DNA of 64,000 nt, from the NCBI RefSeq assembly GCF_964204645.1, contig NC_134032.1:3310175-3374174 (forward strand). The letters run 5' to 3'. A program made the position numbers and the translations under genes. The notes below the pieces were generated by a model. That model ran no database searches and was not told the origin of the DNA. It was given only the letters and a program-made list of their open reading frames with translations. The DNA comes from Tubulanus polymorphus (taxonomy: Eukaryota > Animalia > Nemertea). Below are positions 25,456 to 38,691 of the stretch, one piece after another; the first letter of the stretch is position 1; each line of letters starts with the position of its first letter.

Positions 25456-26406
25456 ATGAATTCTTCTCAGATGCAAATTGGTCGACCTTATCTTGGTTAC
25501 ATCGTTCTCATGTCTGTAGTGAACAGGTCTGGAGTCTACCGTACTGTGTCACTGGTCATTTTGCCCGTCTGGTTCCTGTTAGGAGCAATCGGAAATTCGG
25601 CTACTTTCCTGATAATGATTAGTCGAAGATTCCGTAGTTTATCGTACGCTAACTACCTGATCGCTTTGTCTGCTAGTGATTTTATGTACTGTATCAATTT
25701 CACTCTGATGCCCGTTTTACAGTTTGTTCTCTATCAAGTTAAAGACGGTCCTATATTCATGATGAATTCACTGATCAGTTGTCAAATATATGAATTTGTA
25801 ATGATTCTTGCATGCTGCAATAGTTCGTGGTTGATAGTAGCGATATCTCAAGAACGTGCGGCGATTGTGCTCTTCCCGTTCACAACTCGTTTGATATGTA
25901 CACCGAGATTCGCTAGATTTACTATATTGATAATTACTGCAGTGAATTTACTGGTTCTACATCTCACGCCTGTTTTGTCGATGCATTACATCGACCAGTT
26001 TTTAGCATGTTTCGGGGAATCATTTGAGCAAATAACATATTTCTCTCTGATCGTTGTCTACGTAAACATTCTACCTTTGATTTTGATTCTAACATCAAAT
26101 TCTGTAATAATCATTCAGTTATTCAGAGGTTCAAAAATGGTTTCGTCCGATCAGAAAACAACCAAATCAAAACGTACAACGATAATGCTTGTAACAGTTT
26201 CACTCGCTTTTGCAATGTTCACTCTTCCGTCCACTATTACTACATATTTACCAATCTCGGTAGAACAGAGAGATTTTCTTTATGACATTTTTACACCGTT
26301 TCAAATGTGTAATTATGTGGTGAATTTTTACATATACCTATTACTAGGACGAGAAATTCGCGAATATTTCTATGCGAAGATTGGCTGTAGAAATTCAGAG
26401 AAATAA
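25456..26406 (+). CDS. Intronless rhodopsin-class GPCR, 316 aa
   Basis: GAIGN (TM1), LSASD, AISQERAAIVLFP, FTLP, NYVVNFYIY.LLGREIR. Close paralog of 36379-37338. Confidence 0.93.
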   Translation: MNSSQMQIGRPYLGYIVLMSVVNRSGVYRTVSLVILPVWFLLGAIGNSATFLIMISRRFRSLSYANYLIALSASDFMYCINFTLMPVLQFVLYQVKDGPIFMMNSLISCQIYEFVMILACCNSSWLIVAISQERAAIVLFPFTTRLICTPRFARFTILIITAVNLLVLHLTPVLSMHYIDQFLACFGESFEQITYFSLIVVYVNILPLILILTSNSVIIIQLFRGSKMVSSDQKTTKSKRTTIMLVTVSLAFAMFTLPSTITTYLPISVEQRDFLYDIFTPFQMCNYVVNFYIYLLLGREIREYFYAKIGCRNSEK

Positions 26407-26831
26407 CAATGCCTGATTTCAAGTATGGTTCAGACGGTCCTTCCCCTAAACAACAATAGACTATGTTTGTTAATTGATAAACTGATATTTCCTGCACATG
26501 TTTGCAGAATGTATCACGGCTCATAACACGTGCGTAGCGATGAGTCATTTCCCGTGCGTCATGAGAGGAATCTAACGCAGCAACTGTCAGGTTTCCTGAA
26601 CTCGGACGGCTCGGTGACCTACCGCGCACAACGATCACACGGCCGAAGAAACGCGCAGCTGACGCGGAGATAGCTGAAAGGAAAATTTAACCTAAATCTA
26701 AATTCATCAAGCTTGATTTCGTTTAGGAATTTGTAACTATCTTTACAATCGAAGTGTAAGCTATTTTACAAATACATAATCTATCCATTACACAACACTT
26801 TTGACTAAACTAGTATCAGGATATTAGTTGA

Positions 26832-27319
26832 TATTCGGATTCAGTATTACCGATACCGCGGGTGATCGGTGATCGTTTGGCCGCTTGAAGTGTTTATCGA
26901 GTTGTTCTACTTTTAGGCCTACGTGCTTTACTGTTTCAAACAATCACAATATAATTGTTGAGTTTATTTACGGACACATGGATTAAAATTCAAACAAAAT
27001 TTGCAATAGAAAATCCGACAACATTGCTATGACACGTAGTACAAAATATTTGATTCTTCGTCCAAAAATAAAATATAACACGAATCACTGCGCATAGTTA
27101 GGTTATGGGTCCTGGCGTACTGACAATTTAAAAGGAGTTTATTATGAGAACTGAAACCTTTGTTTGAGATTGAAAGAGCGATCAGAGTGAGTAATATTAG
27201 AAAGGCCGTTGTATCCATAATTATATACGGTGAGTTTGATGTCGAGCATCTCAACTGTAATTTCATATCGATTGTTGAGAAATGATAACAGTTGATAGAC
27301 GGGTGCATCGCAGTTCACC
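26832..27319 (+). repeat. Copy of the non-coding region upstream of the 57-kb GPCR (matches 55038-55280 plus 56680-56948), not followed by a GPCR ORF
   Basis: Long colinear similarity ending at CGCAGTTCACC in both copies. Confidence 0.85.
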
Positions 27320-27636
27320 CAGGAAGAAAGCCACTAAATATTTGGATGGATATATGAAAGCTGTGGGTACTGGAGTATGTAATGAGTAGTGTAGTGTGAT
27401 CTGTGTGCATTTGTGGCCAGCACACAGATCACATTGTTCATTGGGGTTTAGTCCAGGACTCCCGAGATTTTCAACAACACGGAAGTAACGTGTAATAAAT
27501 GATGACTTGAATTGCATGACTACCTACCACCCCTCATTATTGTTGGAAAAGTAAACGTTCCCACTGACTAAAAATTAGTAATAATAATTAATAACATTTT
27601 AGAAATGGCCAGAATTTTAACTTAGGTTCTATCTCA

Positions 27637-28640
27637 TTTTTAGCCCACTTGGGACTTTAGTCCCAGCGGGCTATTGCGTTCACTTTTCGTCCGTCGTCCG
27701 TCCGTCCGTAGACGGAATCCAGTTATTTTGAGAAGTTTTGAAGACGCTTCAAGGTAATGTCTTGATATTTGGCTTCTACATGTATCTACCCTAGACACAT
27801 CTTCAGCCCAAAAACTGGCCCTGTAAGATTCAAGATGACCGGCTGGCAGCCATTGTTGTTCGCCAAAATCAGCACTTTTTACACATTTTTGAAGTTTTTG
27901 AGGGAAATTTTGAAGACGCTTTGATCAATTACCTTGGTCTTTCGGATATATGTGAATCCCCCCAGGGCCCATAAACATAACAAAAATTGGGTCGGTCGGA
28001 CTCAAGATGGCCGTCCTATGACCTTTTTAGTGCCCAAAAATGTTAATTTTGGCCCGAATTCTGAGTCCTGTAGCTTCCTACTGGTTTGCCATTTCTCATT
28101 GCAATTTGTGATGGGTATTCTATGGAACGGGATGTTTTATACCTAAGACAGGTATTTTTCATCAGCCAATTATGACGCAATTGGCGTCCATCTTTGTGTC
28201 ACCAGTACTCATTCATAAGTGGGAAAAAGTTTTTCCACATTATATTGATACCTAAGCGTATTTTGCTACCACAATCAATCAGAAAGTTGTAGCTAATAAC
28301 GTGTTCCATGATTGTGGTGAGTTTCAAGGTAATTGGATTTCGTATATGGCCACCAGGGGGCGTTGAATAATACAATATCTTAGCATTTCTTTATTATATT
28401 CGTACCTATGCATATTTTGTAACCACAATCAATTGGAAAGTTGTAGCTCATGACATCACCTATGATTGTTGCGAGTTTTAAGGACATTAGTTTTTCTATA
28501 TGGTCACCAGGGGGCGTTGAATAGTAGAATAACTTAGTATTTCCTTATTATATTGGTACCTAGGCATATTTTGTTATCACAATCAATTACAAAATCGTAG
28601 CTGCTGACATGTTCTATGATTGTGGTGAGTTTCAAGGTCG
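27637..28640 (+). mobile_element. Non-autonomous Helentron/HINE-like element with (GTCC)n microsatellite and about 154-bp internal tandem repeats, 3' truncated
   Basis: TTTTTAGCCCAC start, 5' hairpin GCCC..TGGGAC..GTCCCA..GGGC, CGTCCGTCGTCCGTCCGTCCGT, and about 2.6 tandem units at 28250-28640. Confidence 0.7.
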
Positions 28641-30490
28641 ATGGTTGTACAAGTGCGGTTTTCTCTCGGCGTTAAGGGCCTGGTCCATCTACCTGTTTCA
28701 ATCCTAAGATGACTGCCGCATCTAAATTTAGAGATTAGGTTAACTTTTTTTGTGTCATTAATGTCAAGGTATCGTTCGTATACGAAACTTCCTTTGAAAT
28801 ATCTATAAAGATTGCACTTAGGGCTACGTTCTAAAGCCGCCCTCCACGACTGAATGTACTGGTCTTTCAACCTTTGTTCGACGAGTTTTAAAAAGAATCG
28901 ATCATTTTGAACTTCCTGCGCTAGCCAATAATTGCTGACACCTAGGCCGTTAAGGAAGTCACGCATTTTTTAGGCCCAGTTACAGGTGCGCGGGCGGTTC
29001 TGAATATCACCATAAAGCAGATTGTAAGTTTGGCGTAAAAGTGTGTTCTCCTCTGACCGCAGAATTTTTAACCAAAACTTTGCTGCCGAGATTTGTATAT
29101 CTATAGACAGAGGGAAACAGCCTAGTTCACCGTAGACCATTACATTCGGTGTCGTGGCGCGCACATTGAGTATGTATTTACAGAATTTGACATGAACGGA
29201 TTCTGTATTTCTAACATTTTCAAATGCCCAGATTGGGCTACCATACATTAATACTGATTTCACTAATGAATCAAAGATATCAAGCTTGGTTTTAGGTGAA
29301 ATGAGTCTCGCGTGTAGCAAATACTTCTTGAGTCCAAAGCAAGCTCTTGTACCTTGATCGGCCTGCGACTTGATTGCAGCAGACATTTTGACGTTATTTG
29401 ACATAGTAATGCCAAGGTACTGAAAGGTTGACACCTCTTCCAGTAGGACATTGTTATAAAAACATAAAAGGGGGTTACGGTTATTTCTACGGTACCCAAT
29501 TTTCATTGTCTTTGTCTTATCAGAATTCACAGATAGTTTCATCTTTTTACAATAATCATGCTGAATATCAAGCGCACCCTACAATTCTCCGGGCGATTGG
29601 GCTAGAATGACGGTATCATCGGCGTAAAGCAGGACATATAGTTTGAATAAATTAAAGTCAATGCCTGAATGGCCATTGTTTATAAAAAATTCTTCCATGT
29701 CATTAATATAGATATTGAGAAGTACAGGCGAGATACAGTCGCCTTGCCTTACGCCGACGGTGCAGTCAAAACAGCTATGAACAGATATGAACCCATTGTT
29801 TTTGACACATGATTTACTGTTAGCATACATAGATTTAATTATGTTATAAACTTTGCCAGTGATACCAGCTTCCAGGATCTTTTTCCAGAGAATGTCGTGG
29901 TTCAAATAATCGAAGGCCTTAGAAAAATCTACGAATGCCATACACGCATTTTTCATTTTCTTCGTTATACAGTGGTCGATGATTGAAGATAATACAAAGG
30001 ATTGATTTATAGTACCATTATTTGGCCTAAAACCGGCCTGTGCATTATTTAATACTTGGTGTGCCTCTAACCATTGTATAATGCGTGTATTCAGAATAAT
30101 TGAAAATATTTTTCAGAAGCAGCTCAAGACGGTGATACCTCTATAATTGTTTGGGTCGGAAGTCATCCCTTTCTTTTGAATGGGTGCAATGCAGCCACTG
30201 CTCCAATTTTGTGGGTAAATACCTGATTGAAGGATGACATTGAAAAAAATGGTCAGCACAGGTGTTAGGGTTTCAGAGGCAGTTATAAGCATTTCTGGTA
30301 GGATATTATCAAGACCCGGTGATTTGCCTTTTTTAGATTTCTTATCGCTTATATAACTTCATCTCTAGTTATGGGGATGTCTAGATCGTGAGGCATATTA
30401 ATAGCTTCCGTATCATTTTCATTAAGCAAAAGATCAGGATCAATGTCATCGTTTGATTCAGATTGAATTATTCCGCGAAAAAAAGTTTCG
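28640..30490 (-). mobile_element. Decayed non-LTR retrotransposon ORF2 (CR1/L2 group reverse transcriptase)
   Basis: FVDFSKAFD, GVRQGDCISP, LLYADDT, YLGI, MVYGELG, FRCGSHLRIETGRW; stops and frameshifts; truncated at both ends. Confidence 0.92.
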
Positions 30491-31437
30491 ATACAATTCC
30501 CATTCTTAGGATACGAATCGGTTGATTGAATTCGGTCATTTAAACTACTGGCTAATTTACAGTGGTCACTATTGAAACGATTAATTGAAGTGCCCTTGAA
30601 ATCAAGATAGATTCCTGTTGCGTAAATTAACTAATTTTCAAGCGACCACCTTCTATTGTCGGTATTCGGTTAGCTCTTGGTTAGCCAGAAGTTTTACCAT
30701 AAAGACTCAGACTAGATGATTGAATTAAATCTTTGAATCAAAATATTGTCACTGGAGTAAATATCTATTTTACCTAGGGGATTTCTACCTACAACCATCT
30801 AAAATGCCCCAGGCCCTAAATCCAGTAGGTTTATGGCGAAAGGTTAAGATTAGGAATGTATTAGCAATATAATTTTTTGAAACAGTATTTTGTCTCCCGA
30901 TGATTTGATTTGCAGGTCAGACTTATTGTTGACCAAAGTTCTTAAAGTGAATTGCTTTAAAGTAATAAATATCAATAAAACAATATCATAAATTCTGAAG
31001 TGAGTTATTTTGTAATAATCCAATTTAAGTGCACTCCGATGCATGCTAAATTCTTATAAATTCATTTATAAATTTAATTTATACATTTTCCCTCCTCACT
31101 TATTCATTCTATATTAGTTTTACTAATGAACATAACAGTGGCTTCTGCCTAATGTCAATAAGTAGCGATTGGGTGCCGCCTCTCTGTGTTAATCTATCAC
31201 GAAAGATTTAACTCGATTAGAGCCGCTGAAAACTTATTTCTCTATATCAGAGCCTATACTAAAGAAAGCATACTAAAGCATGCACTCATAATTCGTTTAA
31301 GAGTCCGAGGCTTAATTGTGAGAGTTGTTATACAATGAGTAATTAAATGGTGGGATTACAATGGGAGAGATCATTTCATCAGCCACATCGTTGCCCCAGG
31401 GAGTTAGTTATATTCGTTATAGCCAAAATACCTTGAC

Positions 31438-31484
31438 CATGGACTCTAAAACGTTTTAATGTCTAAATCGTTTTAGAGTCCATG
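31438..31484. mobile_element. 47-bp hairpin micro-MITE with CATGG termini and a 7-bp TSD (CCTTGAC / ACTTGAC)
   Basis: 16-bp perfect inverted arms CATGGACTCTAAAACG. Degenerate relatives at about 32677-32704 and 33082-33119. Confidence 0.65.
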
Positions 31485-34400
31485 ACTTGACAGAATATAG
31501 AAATTTGCCCAGAAAAGTTATGCATATTCCAATAAAAAAGAATTAATAAAGACTTATATTATTTGAATTTAAATGAAGAGACGAGTAGTACTTTAAAGGT
31601 TAACTATTTATTTCTTTTATTTCGACGCACGAGCTTTCGCTTCTAATATAGCTTCGGAAACAAAACCTAGTCTTAAGAACTACCAAGTTTCAAAGAATTT
31701 TGTTCCCTTATGATATTGAATGGTGTGAAATTGAAGTGTCCCTAATGAAATATCTTTATGTAAGTTCAACTAACTTACCCAGTTAGTGATGATAGTTGAA
31801 TAATTAACAAAATAATAGTTGGAATATCGTTTAGGACAAATTAGGATTTTACCGGGTAAGTTTTTTCCTTATAGGCTACCTTTTTGAAGATCATGCATCC
31901 TGAGATACGTATACAAAAATTCGTTTGACGCTAAATGCAGAGTTTTCACGGTAGAACATATTTGGACATCAATTAATCACGTGAAGGGGATGAAATGACA
32001 ATTTGTCACTGCTGAGCTTATTTTCCTTCACTGAACTTTTTCTAAGTTTTTTCAATATTCTCTAATCCGACAGTATATACGCTGCGTACTAGCTGTTTGA
32101 AAAAAAACAGATTCCCAGAAAATTGTACTTTTTGGGTTCTTGAAAACGGTCAATATGTTATAGCAGGTTAATGTATAAACCGCATAGAATCGCTACAATA
32201 AACAAAATGTATCAAGGAAAATATATATTTCAGAACACGATCGATTTCACTTAATTTAGCCTCATCATGTAGGATAAAATGAACTTCTGTTGATATTGCG
32301 ATTGTGCTGTCGTTAGCTGTCGCATAGCTTATTCGACTCGCTATCGAAAGTAACAAAACAATTGTCACATGTGTCAATGAACTTATCGCTATTCGAAGTA
32401 ATGTGCGTATTCAAAATGAAATAGATTGATTGATGAAATACAAAACAAGTCAAACAAACTCAACTAACTGACAACTGCTGAGTTATTTGTATTAGATGGA
32501 AGAACATATTGTCGATACTGACATTGGCTCGAACCTTGATTATTATCTAAGTTGTACTATAACTAACATGCCAATGGATGTGTACATGCGCCTCTCTGAT
32601 TGGCTAGAATCCTTGCATTCGATAGAAACTGACGGCATCAGTGAACTAACGGGGAAATTAGAATTGCATGTTTGACCACGGATTCTTCGTTTTTGAGTCC
32701 ATGGTTTTGGCTCTGGTTTTATCGTGAGTTTGATTAACGTACATTGTAGAGAACAATGGTGGGGATTCCAATAACGTGCATCTTTTATTCAGAAAGAGTA
32801 TCATTACGTATATACATGTAGAAATCAATACAATAACTTTAATCAGAATTATCTCATCACGCAGAACCAGTGAAATAGCCGTTGTAAAGCCGCAAAGTAA
32901 ATTGAATGAAATTGACATAATGTCAACGTCTTACGGTCAACAAATAAAACATATTGTACAATAATGAACGAATCAATGAGTAGTGTTCACGCATTTGTTT
33001 CCATTTCATAAGAATCAATTCCAAACAGATGAATCAGATTCGAATTTTTGCTTCTTCGTTATGCGAAGTTTTTTTTTATATCAGGGACTCTTAAACGATT
33101 TAGGTTTTAGAGTCCATTGTTTTGTGAATATCTTATGATTTCTCAACTTTCATCAAATACTTAGGAATGCCATTGAAAGATTTTCAAACCATTGAACGTT
33201 TGGGTAAAAAGTTCTGCTAAATTTGATTACCATCGGCTTTTTAGATAATCTCCACGAAGGTCACAATTTTAGTGACTTGACCTTGGGAGGTTTAAACCTC
33301 CCGAATCCAATTTGCGAAATATCGGTCCTCTTTGTCGGCGGTAATGAAAGAATACATAGGGCAAAGTTTCTATTGTGCGCCGGCCGCATTTTGTTCACGA
33401 ATAGCTTACGTAATAAATTGAAAGTCGAGATTACAGGCGGATATAGCGCTCTATGGCCCACCCTCAATTCATAAACTGGTCCGCAAATAAAGTGTTTAGA
33501 AGTATAATTGACACGTTTGCACGATTTTGCGCTGTAAATTTATCATTTTTCAGGACTCAAGGACCAGAAATTGGCAATATTTTTGATACAAACTGAGAAA
33601 GTATCAAAACATTTGGGAACGTGTTTCTTATCTGTGAATTCACTCAATCTATCGGCTCAGCAAGTGCGTAAGATGAGTTCTTAATAGGACAGATCCATTT
33701 TTAAGCATGGTGATAATACAGTATCATGATGTTTGAATGCCAAAATAAATGCCTGGTCAAATAGATTAATATTTGTTGATTGTACGTCCGCGTATGTTCA
33801 GTTTCAAAGCTGAATCATATTTGACGTTTACACAGTGGTTGCATATTAGGTTCGAATCTGTCAATGCATTTTATTCTATGTATCGATATTTCAATTTACC
33901 ACAATTCCCATAATTCTGAATGGCTTTACAGAAAACCCGTCATCGCTGCTTTGCAGCTATATTTTATCATTAAAATTATATAAACGATTTTATTCTATTT
34001 AGAACCGATATCAATCATAGCGAGTATAACTTAATTTTGGTTAAACAATTTTAAGTTTTATGAATAAAAAACTAACCCGATTCAGTTTATCAATATGATA
34101 TTCAAAAGTCTTTTGGCGTCACTTTTCGTGTGATCGCGTCTTGATAAAAAACAAGTGACTTGTGAAATCTGCAGAATCGACGAAGCTTCTTCAGAAATGT
34201 GTCTATCTAACGTATCTAACTCCGGCCACGAGTATTTATAGGACCCCTAGCAACTTAAGGTGGTGTTCGAATCGCCGAAATAAATGTAAAACATAAATTT
34301 GCTATTGAGATAGAAGAACGATCAGACTGATAAAACTAAATACGACGTAATTATTGACTGTTTAACTCGTAGTTATGTTGCTCCGCTGGAATTTACGCCA

Positions 34401-34773
34401 ACGTAAGTGACGATTCTGCCAGTTCGATAAAATATTAGACAAACAGGTAACAGAATAACATTCTAACGAACGACGAATTCACCAACGTGTTTTAAAACGA
34501 TAAATAATTTCACTATAGCGGTAAAAATGTCCCGTCATTAAATTTTATTCATCATTATATTCAACTGCCGCGATTTGGTAATTCAGCGAAAGTTCAAACA
34601 CCCACTTGAGAAATAGTGCAGGCCGCATCCTACCAGCGCACAGTAGTTTGTGTATAATGTTTACAGGAACACATCTGGCTCTCACCAGTTTCACACAGTA
34701 CCTTAATGACGATTCAAAAAAACTTTTTTCATATATATATCTTTAAAATCATTTTGATCATATTCTTTTTCTA

Positions 34774-35133
34774 AAGCCTAGCGCACATCGACACTGCGAT
34801 TGGAGACAACTAGTTGCTACCGAACGATTACCCCGCGCACATCGAAATCTAGTTACAACCGGTCAGTTGCAGCAACTGCATGGCGCGTGTCGATCGTCGA
34901 GATCCGGAGCGCGCACATCGACGGATATGACTGCGATTGAGTACAACCAGTTGCCCAAAAGTAGAACACGGGCAACTGGCTGGAACTGGAGATAGATCGA
35001 CGCTTACCAATCGTAAGCTCGCTCACATCGACACATTCAAGCAACTGATCGTATCCAGCCAGTTCCTCTCATGCGCCGAAAACTGCCTTGCAACTAGTTG
35101 TCTCCAATCGCAGTGTCGATGTGCGCTAGGCTT
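34774..35133. mobile_element. MITE of about 360 bp with perfect TIRs of about 44 bp, flanked by TA
   Basis: AAGCCTAGCGCACATCGACACTGCGATTGGAGACAACTAGTTGC and its reverse complement at the ends; internal GCGCACATCGA repeats. Confidence 0.88.
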
Positions 35134-36378
35134 TAGTTATATTTCACTGATTCCATGGATGTTTTTTTTTCATAAAAATTCCTCCATTAATAACGGATTT
35201 GAACATAAAATCTGTATTTTCAATATATTCAATTTTTGTTCAATTTCGATGAAATTTTGACACAACATTGCTGATAAGGAGCTTAGATGGTATTGAAATA
35301 TTCAGTTTTATACAATTTTTAGGTAAAAAGTTTTCTGACCCCCAAAGTATGCACTAGAGCTGCACCTGTTTGGTTTTTGGTTTTATGACTCAAGGTTACT
35401 GTGTGAAGTTTGTTGCACTGCTTGTGTCCCGGTACTATGTAGAGTATTTCCAGGCAGTTCGCGCGAGCTACCGTATGTAGGCCAGCTCTCGGTGACCTTT
35501 CTCTCCCTGCAACCAGGAAATTTCACTTCATCGATACGGATATAGCCGAGTCGAAAAGGCGATGAAATCACTAAAATTACTAATATAGCGGGATTGTATA
35601 CGGATAAGATTTCAACTCTTCCATTTCTTCAAGATTTCAATCTTAATGTAGAAAAAACCGGGAATTCATAAACCAATCATCTGTTCAGTTATGGTTCTGT
35701 CAGTAAATAGCCATTTCGAGGCTAAATTACTGAATTAATCATTCCAACCTACATATTTTTCCAGGATCTTTTAGAATAGTGTAGGTTGGAGCATTGGAAA
35801 CATAAATCAACTCGTGAACTTTAATGGGAAAATCCCGCTCATTTTTTTCTGAGCGACGGAAGTTTTAGGGATAGATTTTTACAGTGCAAATGATGATCTA
35901 TATGAAAACAAATTACATACACAAAATCCCAAGCCCAAAATCTTCTTCTTTCCATAAAGCAAGAATTAAGAGAATCGGATGAATAATAACGAAGTTACGA
36001 CCATTTCAAATAGACAAGACGCGCTCTGCAGCGCACTATACATTGACCCGCGCCGTACCTACTATCACTGAGTTTTTTGTGCGTATTTCAGAAGTTTTCC
36101 CGTCAAGCTCGATGCATTTCCAACTGTCTGATTTTGAACCATTTAATTCGTTGCTTCAAACGATAAACTGTTCACGAATCTCAGTGTATTGCGTTCGTTA
36201 TCTGAGAATTGATTTTTGATTTATGCGTCAAATTTGGAGTTAATTTTATTTTGTGGCTGAACAATTGTTGAATGACTGCTTTCATTCAACAGATTGTATC
36301 AATATATAGATGCGTATTTCTTATAATTCACTTGAATAGACGACAATTCGTGCATCTAAACGAAGCATCAAATCAATA

Positions 36379-37338
36379 ATGAATTCTACTCTCATGCAGA
36401 TTGCGAGACCTTATAACAGCTATATCGCTATCTTGTCTGTGGTGAACAAGTCTGGTATCTACCGTACCGCGTCACTGGTCATTCTGCCTATCTTTCTACT
36501 GTTAGGCGTTTTTGGAAATTCGGCAACTTTCCTGATAATGATAAGTCACAGATTCCGCAGTTTATCTTACGCTAACTATCTGATCGTTTTGTCAATCAGT
36601 GATTTTGTGGTTGTCGTCAGTTTAAGTCTGATGCCTGTTTTACAGTTTGTTTTCGGGCATCTTCACATAAGTGCTATCGACGCTACGCTCTTGATAAATT
36701 CACTGATCAGCTGTCAAATATATGAATTTGTCATATCACTTTTGATTGCCTGCAGTTCATGGTTTATAGTAGCGATATCTATTGAACGTGCGGCAGTTGT
36801 GCTCTTCCCATTAACATCTCGTTTGATATGTACACCTGGATTCGCCCGTTGCGTCATTGTAATCATTTTCATCATGAATATTTTAGTAGCGGGTATTTTT
36901 CAAGTCGTATTAATAAAGTTTTCGAAAAAAATTACCGGATGCTACTTAGAAATATCTAACCAAGCCAAACTTTTCACCACATTTGTCGTCCATGTTTATT
37001 TTGTGCCTTTAACGGTGATCATCGTATCAAATTCTGTTATCATAATTCAGTTATTCAAAGGTACGAAAATGGTTTCGTCTGACAAGAGAACTACAAAAGC
37101 AAAACGTACAACAATTATGCTTGTAACAGTTTCACTCGCATTTGCAATATTCACTCTTCCGACCTCTATTACAGCATTCCAAACAATGCCTGTGGACCAA
37201 AAACAATTACTCTTAGATATCTGCACCCATATCCAAATTTGTAACTATGTCGTTAATTTCTACATTTATCTTTTACTGGGACGAGAAATTCGTGAATATT
37301 TCGGTGCAGTTATTTCCTGTAGAAACTTGTCGAAATGA
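36379..37338 (+). CDS. Intronless rhodopsin-class GPCR, 319 aa (paralog of 25456-26406)
   Basis: GVFGN, LSISD, AISIERAAVVLFP, FTLP, NYVVNFYIYLLLGREIR. Confidence 0.93.
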   Translation: MNSTLMQIARPYNSYIAILSVVNKSGIYRTASLVILPIFLLLGVFGNSATFLIMISHRFRSLSYANYLIVLSISDFVVVVSLSLMPVLQFVFGHLHISAIDATLLINSLISCQIYEFVISLLIACSSWFIVAISIERAAVVLFPLTSRLICTPGFARCVIVIIFIMNILVAGIFQVVLIKFSKKITGCYLEISNQAKLFTTFVVHVYFVPLTVIIVSNSVIIIQLFKGTKMVSSDKRTTKAKRTTIMLVTVSLAFAIFTLPTSITAFQTMPVDQKQLLLDICTHIQICNYVVNFYIYLLLGREIREYFGAVISCRNLSK

Positions 37339-38691
37339 TTATCAACGTTATTCTCTGTCCAATTATTAAGTAGTGTTGTAGAATGATGTGTGTTGTTTGT
37401 ACTTTAGATGGAATTTGAAATATAGATGGATTGAAAACCGACTTTCGTATATATCTCGTGGAGAGAGAAGTTGAGCTATATAAAAATTGGTCCAATCGTT
37501 TGGAGGCAGGAGCAAGCAGGAAAATGTGCAGATAAAAGGGCAAGTCACATTGAAATGGTGATGCGGCCTGTGGTAAAACTTTGACAAAAACTCGCCAGCG
37601 AAAATATGCAAAACGTGGGTGACAAAGTACTACACACCCTGCTGGAGAAAATCATAGCAAGCATTGACAAAGACCACTTGGTAGATCGTGCTAACTTTGT
37701 GATGTGGGCTCTTATGAAGCAAAAAATGGATGCCTTCTTAAACTGCAAATTACATAAATTTTCTGATTAAGCAATGGAATTACACGTTGTGCGGTCACAT
37801 TGCAAAATCCGCACAGTAGAAAAGAAAGCCAACAGCCAGCTGTTGCTACTGTCGACGACTTCAAAGGTACTTCAACGGTGAACGAGCTAATCAGGGCATG
37901 CACATCTACAGCAAAATTTCAAAGGTTATATAAACACAACAGACATTTTCCATCCCGGTATCATCACTGATCGCACAGTACGGACCTTACTTCACAGCAA
38001 CGCTGCGAATGCGATAAACACAAACTGGTGGCTATCCGGTATCAAATTTGAAATACAGGACCTCGAAGAACAGATATTTGTAAATATACGCAGAAAGAAA
38101 AATCATTACATCGAACATAAGCTAACATTTTCATATTCATCTCAGAACCGGAAAGACCGATGTTTTAACCTGTCAACGAGGAGATGGTTCGAAAGATTTA
38201 GTAATAGATTTAGTAATAGCATCTATTCTCCTAACAATGATGATAATGTAAATTATTCGAAATGCAACCCTACAAGTGCACACTGCCATCATCTAATGTC
38301 ACAATCATTTATATGTACTACTATCGACTCTTTAATGTAATGTAAATAAAGATTTTGATAGGCAAGATTGGACTATGTCACACTAATAAACATGTCTGCC
38401 TTGTGCAGTATTACTGGTGAATAGATGTTGAAATACCTTGGCAATTGTCTTGGATGCCGATATTCTGGCACACAGGTGTATAACATCCGTGGAAAATATA
38501 TGGACCAGCTAGATTTAAAATTCAATTTCGAATGCAGTGTGCTTCGTGTAATGGTGTAATCGGGAATCTACCAGCGAATGACGTGTGGAAGATCCTGAAA
38601 TATGACACAATCTACTCGGCCTGCATTCATTCGAGCAATCTTCGGTGCATGCTTCGTATCTCGCCACCCCCTGGAAACCATACCGATTGCC

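Noticed and set aside
25060-25459. Repetitive ORFs (121 aa and 86 aa) and a possible CRISPR-like array
   Set aside because: Plain minisatellite with no unique spacers, in a eukaryotic context.
37430-38350. Coding-like decayed stretch after the 36.4-kb GPCR
   Set aside because: No motif could be assigned by eye; needs BLASTX.
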